A stretch of 64,000 nt of DNA from Chiloscyllium plagiosum (lineage: Eukaryota), in the NCBI RefSeq assembly GCF_004010195.1, contig NC_057726.1, forward strand, positions 48,220,175-48,284,174, given 5' to 3'. The notes under the pieces were generated by a model. That model saw nothing but the letters and a program-made list of their open reading frames with translations, was not told where the DNA came from and did no database searches. Below, piece after piece: positions 1 through 12,950 of this stretch. Numbering within the stretch: position 1 is the stretch's first letter; every line of letters starts with the position of its first letter. The translations under genes were made by a program, and so were the position numbers.

Positions 1-212
1 TCCTCCCTGACCTATCACCTTCATCCCATCCCCCACTCACCTATTGTACTCTATGCTACTTTCTCCCCACCCCCACCCTCCTCTAGCTTATCTCTCCACG
101 CTTCAGGCTCTCTGCCTTTATTCCTGATGAAGGGCTTTTGCCCGAAACGTCGATTTCACTGCTCCTTGGATGCTGCCTGAACTGCTGTGCTCTTCCAGCA
201 CCACTAATCCAC
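1..212 (+). mobile_element. Penelope-like element 3' terminal (pLTR) fragment carrying a hammerhead motif
   Basis: Pyrimidine-rich tract followed by cctgatgaagggcttttgcccgaaacgtcga...ggatgctgcctgaactgctgtgc. The same block is fused to GIY-YIG coding remnants at 23593-24270 and 57087-57518. Confidence 0.8.
120..155 (+). ncRNA. Minimal type I hammerhead ribozyme motif (PLE type)
   Basis: attc-CTGATGA-a-GGGC(tttt)GCCC-GAAA-cg-TC-gatt: intact core, 4-bp stem II, palindromic ACGU in place of stem III, weak stem I. Confidence 0.7.
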
Positions 213-215
213 AAT

Positions 216-2830
216 ATTCCAAGTGGTGTCTAACCAGGAATCTATTGAGCTGCAGCATAACCTCGCAGCTCTTAAACTCAATCCCTCTGCTACTGAAAGC
301 CAATGCACCATATGCCTTCTTAATAACGCTATCAACTTGCTTGGCAACTTTGAGGGCTCTATATACATTTGCCCACAAGATCCCTCTGTTCCTCCACACT
401 GCCAAGAATCCTGCCTGTAACCCTGTATTCTGCATTTTAAATTCAACCTTCCAAAGTGAATGACTTTACACCTGTCCAGGTTGAACTTCATCTGCCACTT
501 ACTAGTTCAATTCTCCATTCTGTCAATGCCCCGTTGCAACCTACAACAGCCCTCCATACTATCCACAACTCCACCAAACTTTGTGTCATCGGCAAACTTA
601 CTAACCCACCCTTCTACTTCCTCATCTAAGTCATTTATAAAAATCACAAAGAGCAGAGGTCCCAGAAGAGATCCCTGCAGAACACCACTGTCACCGAACT
701 CCGGCTGAATACTTACCATCTACCACCACCCTCTGTTTTCTATGGAGCAGCCAATTCTGTATCCAGGCAGCCAGATTTCCCGTATCTCATGCCTGCTTGC
801 TTTCTGAATGAGCATACCATGGGGAACCTTATCAAATGCTTTGCTAAAATCCATGTACACCACATCCACTGCTCGACCTTCAACAATATGTTTTGTCACA
901 TCTTCAAAGAATTCAATAAGGTTTGTGAGGCATGACCTGCTCCTCACAAAACCATGCTGACTGTCTTTAATCAAACTATGATTACTTGGAAAACCGGAAG
1001 TCCTGTCTCTCAGAATCCTCTCCAATATGTTATCCACCATGACATAAGACTGACTGATCTATAATTCCCATGGTTATCCCTATTCCCTTTCTTAAACAAG
1101 GGAATAACATTTGCCACTCTCCAATCATCTGTCAGTACTCCAGTGGACAGTGAGGACGCAAAAATCATCGCCAAAGGCACAGCAATCTCTTTCCTCCTTC
1201 ATATAGTAACCTTGGGTATATACCGTCTGTCCCAGAGGATTTAATCTATCCTTATGTTTTTCAAAAGTTTCAGCACATCCTTTTTCCTAACATTGTTCTA
1301 GCATATCAGTCTGTTTCATGCTGTCCTCTGAAATATCAAGGTCTCTCTCAGTAGTGAATACTGAAGCAAAGTATTCATTAAGGACCTCCCCTATCTCCTC
1401 CGATTCCAGGCCCAATTTCCTTCCACTATCCTGTTCGGCCCTACCCTCACCCGGCCATCCTCTTGTTCCTCACATAGGTTTGGGTTTTCCTTAATCCTAC
1501 CCGCTAAAGCTTTTTCATGGCCCCTTCTAGCTCCCCATTCTTCAGTTCCTTCCTGGTTATGTTGTAACCCTCTAAAGTCCTGTCTGATCTTTGCCTACTC
1601 TACCTTAAGTAAGCTTCCTTCTTCCTCTTGACTNNNNNNNNNNNNNNNNNNNNNNNNNNNNNNNNNNNNNNNNNNNNNNNNNNNNNNNNNNNNNNNNNNN
1701 NNNNNNNNNNNNNNNNNNNNNNNNNNNNNNNNNNNNNNNNNNNNNNNNNNNNNNNNNNNNNNNNNNNNNNNNNNNNNNNNNNNNNNNNNNNNNNNNNNNN
1801 NNNNNNNNNNNNNNNNNNNNNNNNGGAGACATTAAAGTTACCCATGACAACAACACTGTTACTTCTGCACCTTTCCAAACTCTGCCTCCCAATCTGCTCC
1901 TCCATGTCTCTGTTGCTATTTGGGGGCCCTGTAGAAAATTTCCAGTAAAGTGACTGCTCCTTTCCTGTTTCTGACTTCCACCCATACTGACTCTGTAGAT
2001 AAGCCCTCCTCAACAACCTCCCCTTCTACGCAGTGATACTATCACTGATGAACAATGCCACTCCCCATCTCTTTTACCACCACCTTATTCCTTTTGAAAC
2101 ATCTAAACCCTGGAACGTCCAACAACCATTCCTGCCCCTGTAATGTGTAAGTCTCCGAAATGGCCACAACGATCCAAGCACTGATCCATGCTCTGGATTC
2201 GCCATCCTTATTCCTGATACTTCATGCATTAAAATAGACGCACTTAAACCATCACACTGACTGCACCTTTGCCCGATCAAGTACCTATCTCTCATCACAG
2301 ACTCTCTGCACACGGTATCTGGCTGTGCACCACCTGCTCCATCATCTGATCAGTTTCCCAAACTCCACACTCCCCCCCCCACTAATCTAGTTAAACCCTC
2401 CCGAAGAACTCTAGCATCCACCCACCTGGGATATTGGTGCCCCTCCAGTTCAGGTGCAACCTGTCCTTCTTGTACAGGTCCCACCTTCCCCAGAAGTTAT
2501 CCCAATGTTCCATATATCTGAAGCCCTCCCTACTACAACAGCCCTGTATCCAATGCTTTAACTGCACTCGCTCTCTGTTCCTAGCCTCACTAACACATGA
2601 CACGGGTACCCATCCTGAGATTATTACTCTGCTCAAACTGCCTTCTAGCTTCCAACCTAACTGCCTATACTATCTTTCCAGGTCCTCCTCCCTTTCTCTA
2701 CCTACGTCATTGGTACCGATATGTACCGTGGCTTCTGGCTGCTCTCCCTCCCCCTTAAGAATCCTGCAGATCCGATCCCTGACCCTGGCACTCAGGAGGT
2801 AACATACCATCCAGGAGTCTCACTTGCGAC
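216..2830 (-). mobile_element. CR1 LINE, decayed (ORF1 SGNH/esterase-like domain; ORF2 APE and RT), spanning an N-gap
   Basis: RT motifs QHGF...[65 protein letters not shown]1 FWGRWDLYKKDRLHLNWRG. Frameshifted. Confidence 0.95.
1634..1824. other. Assembly gap (191 N)
   Basis: Run of N in the sequence. Confidence 1.
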
Positions 2831-5644
2831 CACAGAATCTCCTGTCTGTTCCTTTTATGATTGAATCTCCCATCACTATTTCTCTGCAATTCTCCCTCCC
2901 CTTCCTTTCTGAGCCTGTAGTCAATTTCGCTAACTTAATCCAAGTAATTTTCACTGAACACTTACCGAAACAAATTGCAAAGTTATGGTCTGGGCTGCCT
3001 GCTTAAGAATGTTTTGAGTGGTCTAGTCCATAACACAAGCAACCAAATTTCAGATCTTCATCCTGTTTAATAGGTCACTGTCATTCACAAAGCATTCACC
3101 CACTTGGCAACCACCTCAGAGTTTTCTGTCTTGTGTTACACAAATAGAGCTCTCTGGTCCTGCTATGCTTTAGCGAATGGCCTCACAGAAGCTTATTTGA
3201 ATCTGGTCTGGCATGATGATGTTATACTGTAGTTAAATCTGCTGTGCATGCTGAGTTTTAATCCGATTACAGGCGTAAACACAGAGGTCTATAAACAGAC
3301 AATAATTCTCAGGAAATACAGTTGAACCTTTAATCATCTTGAGGACAAAAAGGGAGAAGCTGTTGTCCAGTAAAGGGCTTCAGTTATGGAAACAAAAATC
3401 TGGCTAATACCTAAAAGGCCAACTGCTACTAATTATGGCCAAAGGTTTCCTGTGGAATTTAAGGAATCGAGAACATCACCATTGGGATCTGTACTTAAAT
3501 GCTAGGCCATGTTTATGAAAGACAGTGCACCATATAGATTACAAACCTCATGAGAGGATGTTCATTAAGCTATACCATGGTGTTTTCCCTCTGCATTTCC
3601 TGTTTGGCAAAGTGACTTTTTCAGTGAAAGGGGAAAGTCTTGCTTATGCAAATTACAACTAATTAGCAGAATTAATCACTTATGGCATCCATGATAGGAT
3701 CATGAATATAACCTTGCAAGTTTTGTAAGGATAGCATAGTTTTTTTTGGTTGGGGAACATTTAAATAACCTAATTTGAGAATACAAATATAGACTACATT
3801 TGCATAATTTATTACCCACAATAGTGCAATGTGTTTTGCAAGTTTAGGAAGATAGCTGTGGTTTGACTTCTGGTGAAAAACGTGCTCTAATTAATCTAAT
3901 TTGCATATGCAAGAAGTGTCCACTAAGAACATTTGTTTTTGCTTTTTAAATAGTATAACCAATATACTCACTTAAACTTCAGAAAAGTAGGATTTCCAAT
4001 TTAACACTTGCCGGAAGATTTAGTTTAAAATGGAACACTTTGTTCTTCAATATTTCATGTCCCTGAGAGTGATCCTAATATCCCTTTTTTAACAATTTTA
4101 CATTGGAGTGGCAATTGGATATTGAACCCAATGAATAATATTTTCAAATTGTTATAATTATCTTTCGACACAATGCCAGTCACCATAAAAAAAAGACAGT
4201 AGCGTAGATTCTTAGGTGATTTCCTGAACAAAACTCCAAGAGCAATTCTGTCATTTTTGAAAACCTAAGTCAGCAAGAACCATTATATTTATCATGCCTT
4301 GGTTCCTGTAATAATATTCTGTCATTAAGTTTGAATCTGCTGATGTTAATTCACATAGCACCATGCTTCAAGGTTTATATCAGGGAACACAATTAGAGCT
4401 GGCTCTGTTTACCATGTAGCAGTTATGAAAATGATCTACATTGCATGGATTGCTGAAATGTCACCAGCTGCCAGAAATACTTTTTTGCTCTTCTGCAGAG
4501 GGAGATCATGAAAACTGCATTGCATGAAGGAACACAGAACAGGATGAAAAGAGTCACGAAACCATAGAGGGGAGAAAATGTTCCTTTATACAAGGTAAAG
4601 TGTAATTGTGTTCCCCAAAATGTAGCACACCCTTTTTTGAAGGGCATAGATAGTTGAGTGATGTCTCTTCATACACTTATCAGGTGTAAGAACAAGTGTT
4701 TTAATTAGATATTCTGCCTGTCTGTTGTCCTCTGTCTTATTTTTAAGTGTTGATGTGTGGAATTTCATTGGACCGCTCTATGTTTATAGGCAAAGTACTG
4801 CAATGGTTTGCCATTGTTTTCTATAGGATGGCTGACCAAGGAAGTCCCGCTGTTATCACCTGCTATCAGATAACTTGGAAGGATGTAAAAGTTGATGATC
4901 AATCTGTTTGCCCACATTATGACTTCACCCTCCATGGCCAATGATTCCTGGCTTTGGACTGAAACTGCAGCTTCTGACCCAGAAATGGGAGCATTGTTAC
5001 TGCGTAACAAGATGTCCTGAAAAGACATTATTACCCTATAATTCAAATTTGTCAAAGTGCAATGGCCATTTGTTATTTACAATGTTAATTAAATGTATTA
5101 CCATTATTGCTTTTAATTAAATGTTTGACTAATATCTACCTGCTTCAATGTATTATTCAAATAATTAAATCTTGCGTTAAAATTTTAACTGAAACACTGC
5201 TGGATTATTTTGAAAACTAATTATTTAGTGATATCTTGTGAATAATATAGGCAATAGCTCTAAATGGAATATTAGCGGAGACTACTTTAGGCTCCACTCT
5301 ACCTGATGATATCACACAATCTTGGTGAACGCTTGCGGAATCCAGCCCTCGATCCCTGATGAGGACGGAGGTATTATCCCTGGCTCTTAATAATTATGCT
5401 TTGCCATGATAACTTGTACCTATCGCTACAAAGTAAGAAGCTGTACCTTGTTTTAAGACAAGTACCTCTTCTTGTACAGACTAATTGGTAGGTTTACCCT
5501 CTGCCATTGTTAACCAAATAGACCCGTAGACGTAGTGTATAAAGACAATTGGTGCAGCACCCTATCCCAACCATTGCCGGGTCAGCAGTGGAATTGTTCC
5601 TTAAATACACCAATGTAACAACCATGATAAAAATTGAACTTTTA

Positions 5645-6115
5645 AAATTCATTTATGGGATATGAGCATCATTGCCTGGTCACCACTTATTGCCCATCCC
5701 TAGTTGCCCTTGAGAAGGTGATGGTGAGCTGTCTTCTTGAACTGTTGCATTCTGCCTGATATGGGTTGACCCACAATGCCATTTGTGAGGGAAAGCCAGG
5801 ATTTTGATCCAGTGGCAGTGAAGGAATAGCGAAACAGTCAGTTCGGATATAATGCGATAGTTCTCATGCGATCTCGCGTTTAAGAAAATCGCGCAATAGC
5901 CACGCCATTTCAACTAACGGGGTTGGAATCGCATTATAGCCAATACAGGTAAGGAAAGTTCAGATAATGGTCTAAGTTCTTCAGTCGCATTAAAACTAAT
6001 TCACATTGAAGACATATGCATCATAGCAGAATTGACTGTATATTTCCAAGTCAAAATATTGAATGGCTTGGAGAGGAACTTGCAGGTGGTGATGTGCCTG
6101 AGTATCTGCTGTCCA
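5645..6115 (-). mobile_element. Non-LTR retrotransposon (L2/CR1 group) 3' end, split by a MITE
   Basis: Minus strand ends with caccttctcaagggcaactagggatgggcaataa...catatcccataaatgaa. A related tail recurs at about 20470-20535 and 37050-37115. Confidence 0.65.
5835..6038. mobile_element. Tigger/pogo-like MITE
   Basis: Left end cagtcagttcggatataatgcg matches the reverse complement of the right end (cagtcaattctgctatgatgca) at about 17/22. TA on the right flank; the host LINE resumes on both sides. Confidence 0.75.
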
Positions 6116-6149
6116 GGAAATTTCAGAAGACAGTGGATTTACTACTTTA

Positions 6150-8530
6150 AGAATGTTATCGCTTTAAGAATAATCAAACAGGCATTCAGAAGCTGCAAGG
6201 AATTGAATTGAGGAGTCTTCTGCAGAATTCATGGAAAGAATAGCAATGGAAAAACAATTCTCTAAGCTAAAATCCTCCCCTCAGGGCTCACAAGAGATGT
6301 AGGAAAGATAGTGTGAGCTAGGGAGAGAGAGTAAAAAGACCTGTCACACTTGGTAGTTACAGGGTCCTTAGACAACGAGGAACTGTAGGAGGGAGTCTCA
6401 ATTCAAGGCTTATCTGAGAAGCAAACATTTCAAAAGTTTCAGGAATAATGTTCTCAGAGGAGATGGACAGCCTCACCACAAGAGACCAACAGAACCTATA
6501 CAGTTTGTAAGGTATAAACTTTCTTTAAACCCAGGTGCCAAACCAATATAAAGAATAAGCCAAGCAGCTAATACTCAGAGTCAGCACTATGCAACAAAAC
6601 AGTCTCACAGTAAAGCTGTGCCTAGCTGTGACAGAAATGTGTCAAATTCCAGAAGATGAGCAGAAGTAAGATACAATTCCAAAGTAGAAAATAGCCAAAT
6701 GCTTGCTAATGTGAAAGAATACCTACCACTGAAAAATATACCGAAGACATTCCTCAGGGAAGTTGGTGATGCAGCTGGCTCAGGTTTGGCAGAACTTGGG
6801 TGCATCAATAGACATCTCATTATTCTAAGTTTGATATAGGGCAAGTGTTACAGTCCTATCAGATTAAATACCTTGGTTGAAGTGACAAAAGTTACAGTGT
6901 ACACAGATTAGGCTACATGCTCCAGATGAAATAACTCTTAAGTGTAAAGGTATGGAAAAGGTAATGCTAAAGCACAAACAGTGTGAGAGAGTTGAAAATG
7001 TTTTGCTTTTGAGTTTATATATGCCTTGATCTCAACATCCTTGAAGTAGCAGAAGGAGATCAAGCAATTCTAAGATATCAACTGATTGCTGCCCAACCAG
7101 GTAAGGGGAAATCAGTAGAAGATTTGATTGGGATCGCGAGGTTCGTGGTGGAACCCTGAAAGAAAAAAGAATCTATTGACAATATCTATGGTGGCTCAAA
7201 AGAATTGTTGCATATTGGCAACATGAAGGAAGTCTGTGACTTGACAGGAGTGGTAGACATGCTTCAATAACATATTTCTATTCCCATCATCATTGAAGCA
7301 TGTCGGAAAGATCAAGTGTGTTTATCAGAAAAACAAATGTGTTAACAAGAATGAGCTGTACAACCCATTTCAGCTTATTGCCAAATCTTTAACTGATGTT
7401 TCCTGAACAAATGGAAACAATAAAGGTCACTTTGAAGCCAGGTGATGAGCTGATACAAGTTCACAAGCAAACTTTGGTCCTTTGTCTTTTAAAGAAGAAT
7501 GATGAATCCCAGTTGCAACAATACTTCAAAGTAAGAAGTAATGCTCTAGTACCATGACTGAGGAAGTACAAATGTCTGGTTCAGCAAGAAACCATCCACT
7601 GAAGGCAAATGAACATGTCCAACCTACTCAACCAGTTGAAGTAAAGTCCTTCAATGCTTCAGTTCAGATGTGTCAACTGATTAAGAGTCAATAGTTGCTT
7701 GAACAAAGTGACAACGAGCTACATATAACTCCATGAAAGCCAGACCAATGTGAACAGATTCAGGAGATGATCAAAAACAGGAAGTTATTGGTTCTGAAGA
7801 TCCATGATGCCATGAGGTAAAAGAACTTGTTTCCACAGAGCAGCCATTTTTCAGGAAGGATATACATGAGATTAACCATCTCTTAGGTAATGTTATGAGG
7901 CAACTATGTGAGATAGTGAAGCAGAGTTCCTCCGCAAAAAGAAATCATATGATTAAGGGTCCTCCAAAGAAAGTGATGGACAAGCTATTTGGATATGATT
8001 ACCTGTGAAGGACATCCAAGGGATAAAGGATTCTCCAGTAGAGAAATGATCTCCGAAATCTACAGTGCTCAAGCCAAGAACCTACCAATCTCCCAGGTCC
8101 AATAAAAGTGCAATCTAGCAAAATTGTAACATTTCTAGACTGCTTGAATTTTTGAAGCCAGGAACCTCAGAGATAGTGGAATAGTGGTAAATATAAAAGT
8201 GCTTGTATACCTGAATATATAAATGTAAACTATGGGGAAGTAACTTCTGGAGAGATGTTCTATAGTATAAAATAGTACTAATAAGGGTAATGTTAGAGAC
8301 TGCATTCGGTTCCCTCCAAGGTGATGATGTTTCATAGTCTTGGTCTAGGTCCTGATGTGGCCAGAGGCCTCACCCCCGGCTCCATATAGTCTTTGTAATT
8401 ATGTTTAATTAGACATTGTGAGTCATATCTTGCTATCATGTAATACACTACATTTATTGTGGTAATGCTGGTAATGCTTCTTTTTCACAAATAAATGACA
8501 GAACAAAGCTTAGGGAAAACCATAAATCTT
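6150..8530 (+). mobile_element. Probable highly decayed Gypsy-like LTR retroelement
   Basis: Purine-rich 2.4 kb with no long ORF. At about 6715-6810 it translates as KEYLPLKNIPKTFLREVGDAAGSGLAELGCI, which resembles a Gypsy protease C-terminal half. Possible purine tract and tgt LTR start near 8318-8330. Confidence 0.3.
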
Positions 8531-9771
8531 CAATGCATTTTTGTAGTTTTTGTTAATTTTGGATATATTGCTGACTTCAAATAATATTCAAATAAACCGT
8601 GAAGTATCCCTTTCTATGATTAGAATGTTAGTGATTGTTCTCATTCTCTGCTAGAATTAATTGTTTTCAAACTGGGAAAACTACAAATATTTAAAGAGTT
8701 TCTCAATTATGGTGTTGTGCAATTCTAAACCTAAAAAAAAACATTAACATTCTATCCTTTTGTTGGTATTTCACATAATACTGTACAGTCTATTGTTAAA
8801 TTATACTGTTGTTTATCAAAATTCTGATGTTGTATTATAGCAGATTCTTAAACAAGTTTATAAATATGAAATGTTAACTTGGTCATATGAAATAAGTCCA
8901 CCATTATCTGCATTGTGTTTTTTTATTGAGGTCCATTCAGAGTTTTTATGCTCCCTTTTAATACTTATTCATTATTAAAATCCACCAAACATACTCAGAG
9001 CTGCAGTAAGATCTCACACAAAACTAAACATTAGATTTGTACCTGTAAGTTGTAGACAGTATTTGGCGCATTAAACACTGCTTTTGCAGATATGAAAAAC
9101 TGAAAATTCAGAATTGTGCTAGTATTCCAAGTGCCAGCTGCTATTCACTTATTGTTGTATTTGTTCTATCTGTTTGAGATTGACACGTAATTCCCTGCTT
9201 TGTGAAGTGCGCTACCCTATGTAGGGATCAGGGCTATTCAGTATTGCTGCTGAGAGTCTCATAATTATGCCTGACTAGAATATTGTTGTACTTGTGGCTA
9301 TAATGCAATAAGCCATCTTGCTCACTGAGAACAGTGTCTCTTCATTAAGGATGATACAGTGTGTTTCCTCGACCATTGATCGTTAAATAGTCCCGAGTCA
9401 ACAATATGGAGAAAGAAGGATTGGTGGAAGTGAATTACCTCAAATACCCTTACTCTATGTTACAGACCGGACAGATGGCTGGTATCGAAATTTACCTTAC
9501 AATATTCCCATGAATTACTTTGAAACACTTTATTATGTAAAAGCTGCAACATAAATTCAAGTTGTTGTTAAATTGTCATCTCCAGAAAATAAAGAAAACT
9601 AATTTTTATAAAAATGTTTGTAGAAATGATGGCAGTCAGCTATAAACAGCTCTCGATCAACATACGGTAATTGTTTTCAAGTTCATTTTTGAACAGTGCT
9701 TGTTTCGTGCCTCCAATTTACAAACCTCAGCTTGTTTTGCATGACAGTCACTAACCTGTTGAGTTTTTCTG

Positions 9772-9843
9772 GGTCCCATAGCTCAGTGATTAGAGTACTG
9801 GACTTATAAACCATGGACTTTGTGTTCAATCCTTGCTGATGTA
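9772..9843 (+). pseudogene. Decayed tRNA-Thr(UGU)-derived pseudogene or SINE head
   Basis: ggtcccatagctcagtgattagagtactggacttataaaccatggactttgtgttcaatccttgct resembles vertebrate tRNA-Thr(TGT). A-box and B-box are recognisable, the anticodon position reads TAT, and the acceptor stem 3' half is lost. Confidence 0.6.
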
Positions 9844-9901
9844 TTTCAAAACTTTAATAGGTTGTTGAGGTACAGTGGTAGTGCCTCCACTTCTGAGCCA
9901 G

Positions 9902-9986
9902 GATGAAGGGCTTATGCCTGAAACGTCGATTTTCCTGCTCCTTGGATGCTGCCTGACCTGCTGTGCTTTTCCAGCACCACACTCTC
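9902..9986 (+). mobile_element. PLE pLTR fragment (5'-truncated within the hammerhead core)
   Basis: gatgaagggcttatgcctgaaacgtcgatt...ccagcaccacactctc; same family as 1-212. Confidence 0.8.
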
Positions 9987-10570
9987 AACACCAATTACCT
10001 CAATAAGCCTGTCAAAACAGCTGAGTGAACTCTTGGGTTTCAAACAATAGATTCGGAATGATAAAATTAGATTAGATTAGATTACTTACAGTGTGGAAAC
10101 AGGCCCTTCGGCCCAACAAGTCCACACCGCCCCGCCGAAGCGCCACCCACCCATACCCTTACGTTTACCCCTTACCTAACACTACGGGCAATTTAGCATG
10201 GCCAATTCACCTGACCTGCACATCTTTGGATTGTGGGAGGAAACCGGAGCACCCGGAGGAAACCCACGCAGACACGGGGAGAACGTGCAAACTCCACACA
10301 GTTAGTCGCCTGAGGCGGGAATTGAACTCTGGTCTCTGGCGCTGTGAGGCAGCAGTGCTAACCACTGTGCCACAGTGTTCAGACACCGTGCATAATATCT
10401 GAAGCATCATTGTTATCGAGGAGCGTTTGTAACATTTCTCAACACCAATTACCTCAATAAGCCTGTCAAAACAGCTGAGTGAACTCTTGGGTTTCAAACA
10501 ATAGATTCGGAATGATAAAATGTAATAATATCTGAAGCATCATTGTTATCGAGGAGCGTTTGTAACATTT
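9983..10570. repeat. Local duplication A-[HE1]-B-A-B (A about 85 bp, B about 46 bp)
   Basis: 9983-10067 = 10437-10521 and 10392-10437 = 10525-10570, identical by eye. Confidence 0.95.
10067..10373 (-). mobile_element. HE1-type V-SINE, full length, young
   Basis: tRNA-derived head (gtggcacagtggttagcactgctgcctcacagcgccaga...gagttcaattccc), V-domain gtgtggagtttgcacgttctccccgtgtctgcgtgggtttcctccggg, CR1-like tail with (TCTAA)n; CpG-rich. Confidence 0.93.
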
Positions 10571-11595
10571 TTGCTTGATCTCTACCTCAACTTCATGTTC
10601 GGCAGAAGATTTTCTCTACACACAGTTATGTATTTCGTTAATTAATCCACAACATGTTGTGGATATCACAGTGTTTCACTACCTTTGTAACAAAGGCCAT
10701 TAGTAGGCTGGAGTGTATAGGAATTCACTGCCTTATATTTATCTCTATGAAAGATGTGTCTGATCCACCAGCGCTGCTATTGATGGATTAAGCCAATTCG
10801 AAGCTCTCATTCCACAAGGTAATAAAACTGTTTGTTCTGGATTTGGTCAGAGTGTTTGATCCCCAGCAGAATTCTGCAGTAAGTGGTGGCATCACTGTTT
10901 AAATAAGCTTCAGTTTATACAATTTGGCTCTCAGTGTAATACGAGTATTGAGAGGTAGGTATTTTAAACAAGGGCTCTTTTAAGATGAAATGCTGTAAAC
11001 TACAGAATGGGGGTTAGCTGGGACAAAGCTGTAGCCTCAATTTCGTTGCCTCAAAAAAGGTTTGGATTGGGCAAGCTACAGCATTGTAATGCATTGATAG
11101 CACACTCACATTTGAGCTCCTTGCTGGATTTCACCATCAAAGCCAACCCTAATCACACTGTTGATTGCCTGAGAAGCGAGTCATTATCATGAGTAGTGAC
11201 CTCAGGATAAAGCTAGTCTTCAAAGTTCAAAACTAGCTTGCATCTTATAGTCATTGAGGCATAAATCATGGAATCAGGCCCTTCGGCTCAACTCATTCAT
11301 GCTAACCAGGTTTCCTAAACAAAAGGTGCTGGGTGACTAAAACAGGGGCTTATAGACCTGTAGGCGCTGCACCTTAGCTAGAAAAGGCAGAGAATGGCAA
11401 CATGAGAGTGGGTGATCTCCAAAGTATTTGAACACTGTATTAAGGTCTTGGTGAACAAAATGGAAAAGAGGAGTGATGTTAGATATCTGCAGGTGTCAGG
11501 ATGACCTCCAGGCATATGGACAGAAAGTCAAGGACCATATAGCCCAACAATGTCAGTGACCAAGCGCAAAGCACCAGAATGCATTGCTACAAGAG

Positions 11596-11795
11596 ATTCA
11601 GAGATGCCGGTGTTGGATGGGGTGTACAAAGTTAAATATCACACAACACTAGGTTATAGTCCAACAGGTTTAATTGGAAGCACTAGCTTTTGGAGACACA
11701 ACCTCCTGATGAAGGAGCAGCCGTCCGAAAGCTAGAGCTTTCAATTAAACCTGTTGGACTATAACCTCGTGTTGTGTGATTTTAAACCTTGTACA
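11596..11795. mobile_element. Palindromic PLE derivative (family B) with hammerhead
   Basis: Inverted arms (tcacacaacac...aattggaagc / gctttcaattaaac...gttgtgtga); direct repeat tacaagagattca at 11588-11600 and 11792-11804. Confidence 0.85.
11703..11737 (+). ncRNA. Minimal hammerhead ribozyme motif
   Basis: CTC-CTGATGA-a-GGA(gcagccg)TCC-GAAA-gc-TA-GAG: stem I CTC/GAG, AGCU palindrome. Confidence 0.7.
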
Positions 11796-12159
11796 AGAGA
11801 TTCACTAACTTTGCAATTGTGGTCATGGTCAGAAAAAATATCTTTAAATGCTCCATCTAACAAAGTGCACTATTAACCTCAGACATGACTCAGCTCACCA
11901 CAACTCTATCAGTCAGACTGAGAAATGGGGCTATGTTTTACCATGTAATTGGTTGCCAATGTAAGGTGTGGCCATGGGTCCTGTCATCAGCAGAGTCACA
12001 TTCCCAATTGCTTTTGGCCCTGCTAATATCCATCTTCAACAAAATCCATCTCATAATAACATCTGCATTCCAGCTCTCACCTCCAGCCTGCTTTTTCATT
12101 CAATGAAATGTGCACTCGTTTGCTTCATCCTTTAATAATTTCAGTTCATAATAACTGAG

Positions 12160-12950
12160 AATTTGGAGAAGATTTGTAGCTCAGGTTATAAATTTGTTTG
12201 CTGAGCTGGTAGACTTTCTCAGGCGCTTGGTCACACATGCTCGGTAACATCATCAATGGGCCGCCGGTGAAGTATTGGTGTTCTGCCCTACTTGCTAACT
12301 ATCTGTCTCGGTTTGTTATGGTGGGTGATATTATTTCCAGTTCTGTTTCTGAGAGATTGGTAAATGGGGTCCAAATCTATATGTTTGGTAATGGAGTTTC
12401 GGTTTGTTGGCCCACAAACCTAACAACACACTGAAACAGCTCCTGATGAATTTAAAGGACCCCATACTAACAACCAGCAGAACGTACGCCATATAGAAAA
12501 TACCCTGCAAGGACTGTAATAAACATTACACTGGACAAATAGGCAGTAAGCTAGCCACCAGGATACATGAGCACCGACTAGCCACCAAACGACATGACCA
12601 ACTATCACAGGTATCCATACACTCTGACGAAGAGGGACACCAGTTCAACTGGGATAATACATCCATCCTGGGACAGGCCAAACAAAAACACATACGGAAA
12701 TTCCTAGAGAGCTGGCATTCAAACCAGAACTCTATCAATAAACATATTGATTTGGCGCCCATTTACCAACCTCTCAGAAACTGAACCGGAACTGATATCA
12801 CCCACCATAACAAACCGAGACAGATAAATAGCAAGTGGGGCAGAACACCACCACTTCACCAGAGGCTCACTGATGATGATGTTAGCTAGCATGGTGACGA
12901 AATATCTGCAAAAAAATCTACCAGCTCAGTGAGCAAATTTACAACCTGAG
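12160..12950 (+). mobile_element. Penelope-like element: GIY-YIG endonuclease remnant between inverted pLTRs
   Basis: About 12410-12784 translates as AHKPNNTLKQLLMNLKDP...AI*KIPCKDCNKHYTGQIGSKLATRIHEHRL...GHQFNWDNTSILGQAKQKHIRKFLESWHS. 12180-12405 is the inverse of 12720-12950. TSD agttcataataa/agttaataataa; hammerhead-like motif at 12868-12908. Confidence 0.92.

Noticed and set aside
1600..2016. ORFs spanning the N-run
   Set aside because: They are open only because of the assembly gap.
5350..5385. ctgatgag as another hammerhead
   Set aside because: No stem II followed by GAAA and no UH or stem I partner.
5498..9395. 21/29 ungapped similarity between 5498-5526 and 9367-9395
   Set aside because: A match of this level is expected many times by chance in a 64-kb self-comparison, and it does not extend.
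9772..9843. Functional tRNA-Ile(UAU) gene
   Set aside because: Acceptor and T stems are broken and the D-loop GG is lost; the body resembles tRNA-Thr, so it is treated as a pseudogene.
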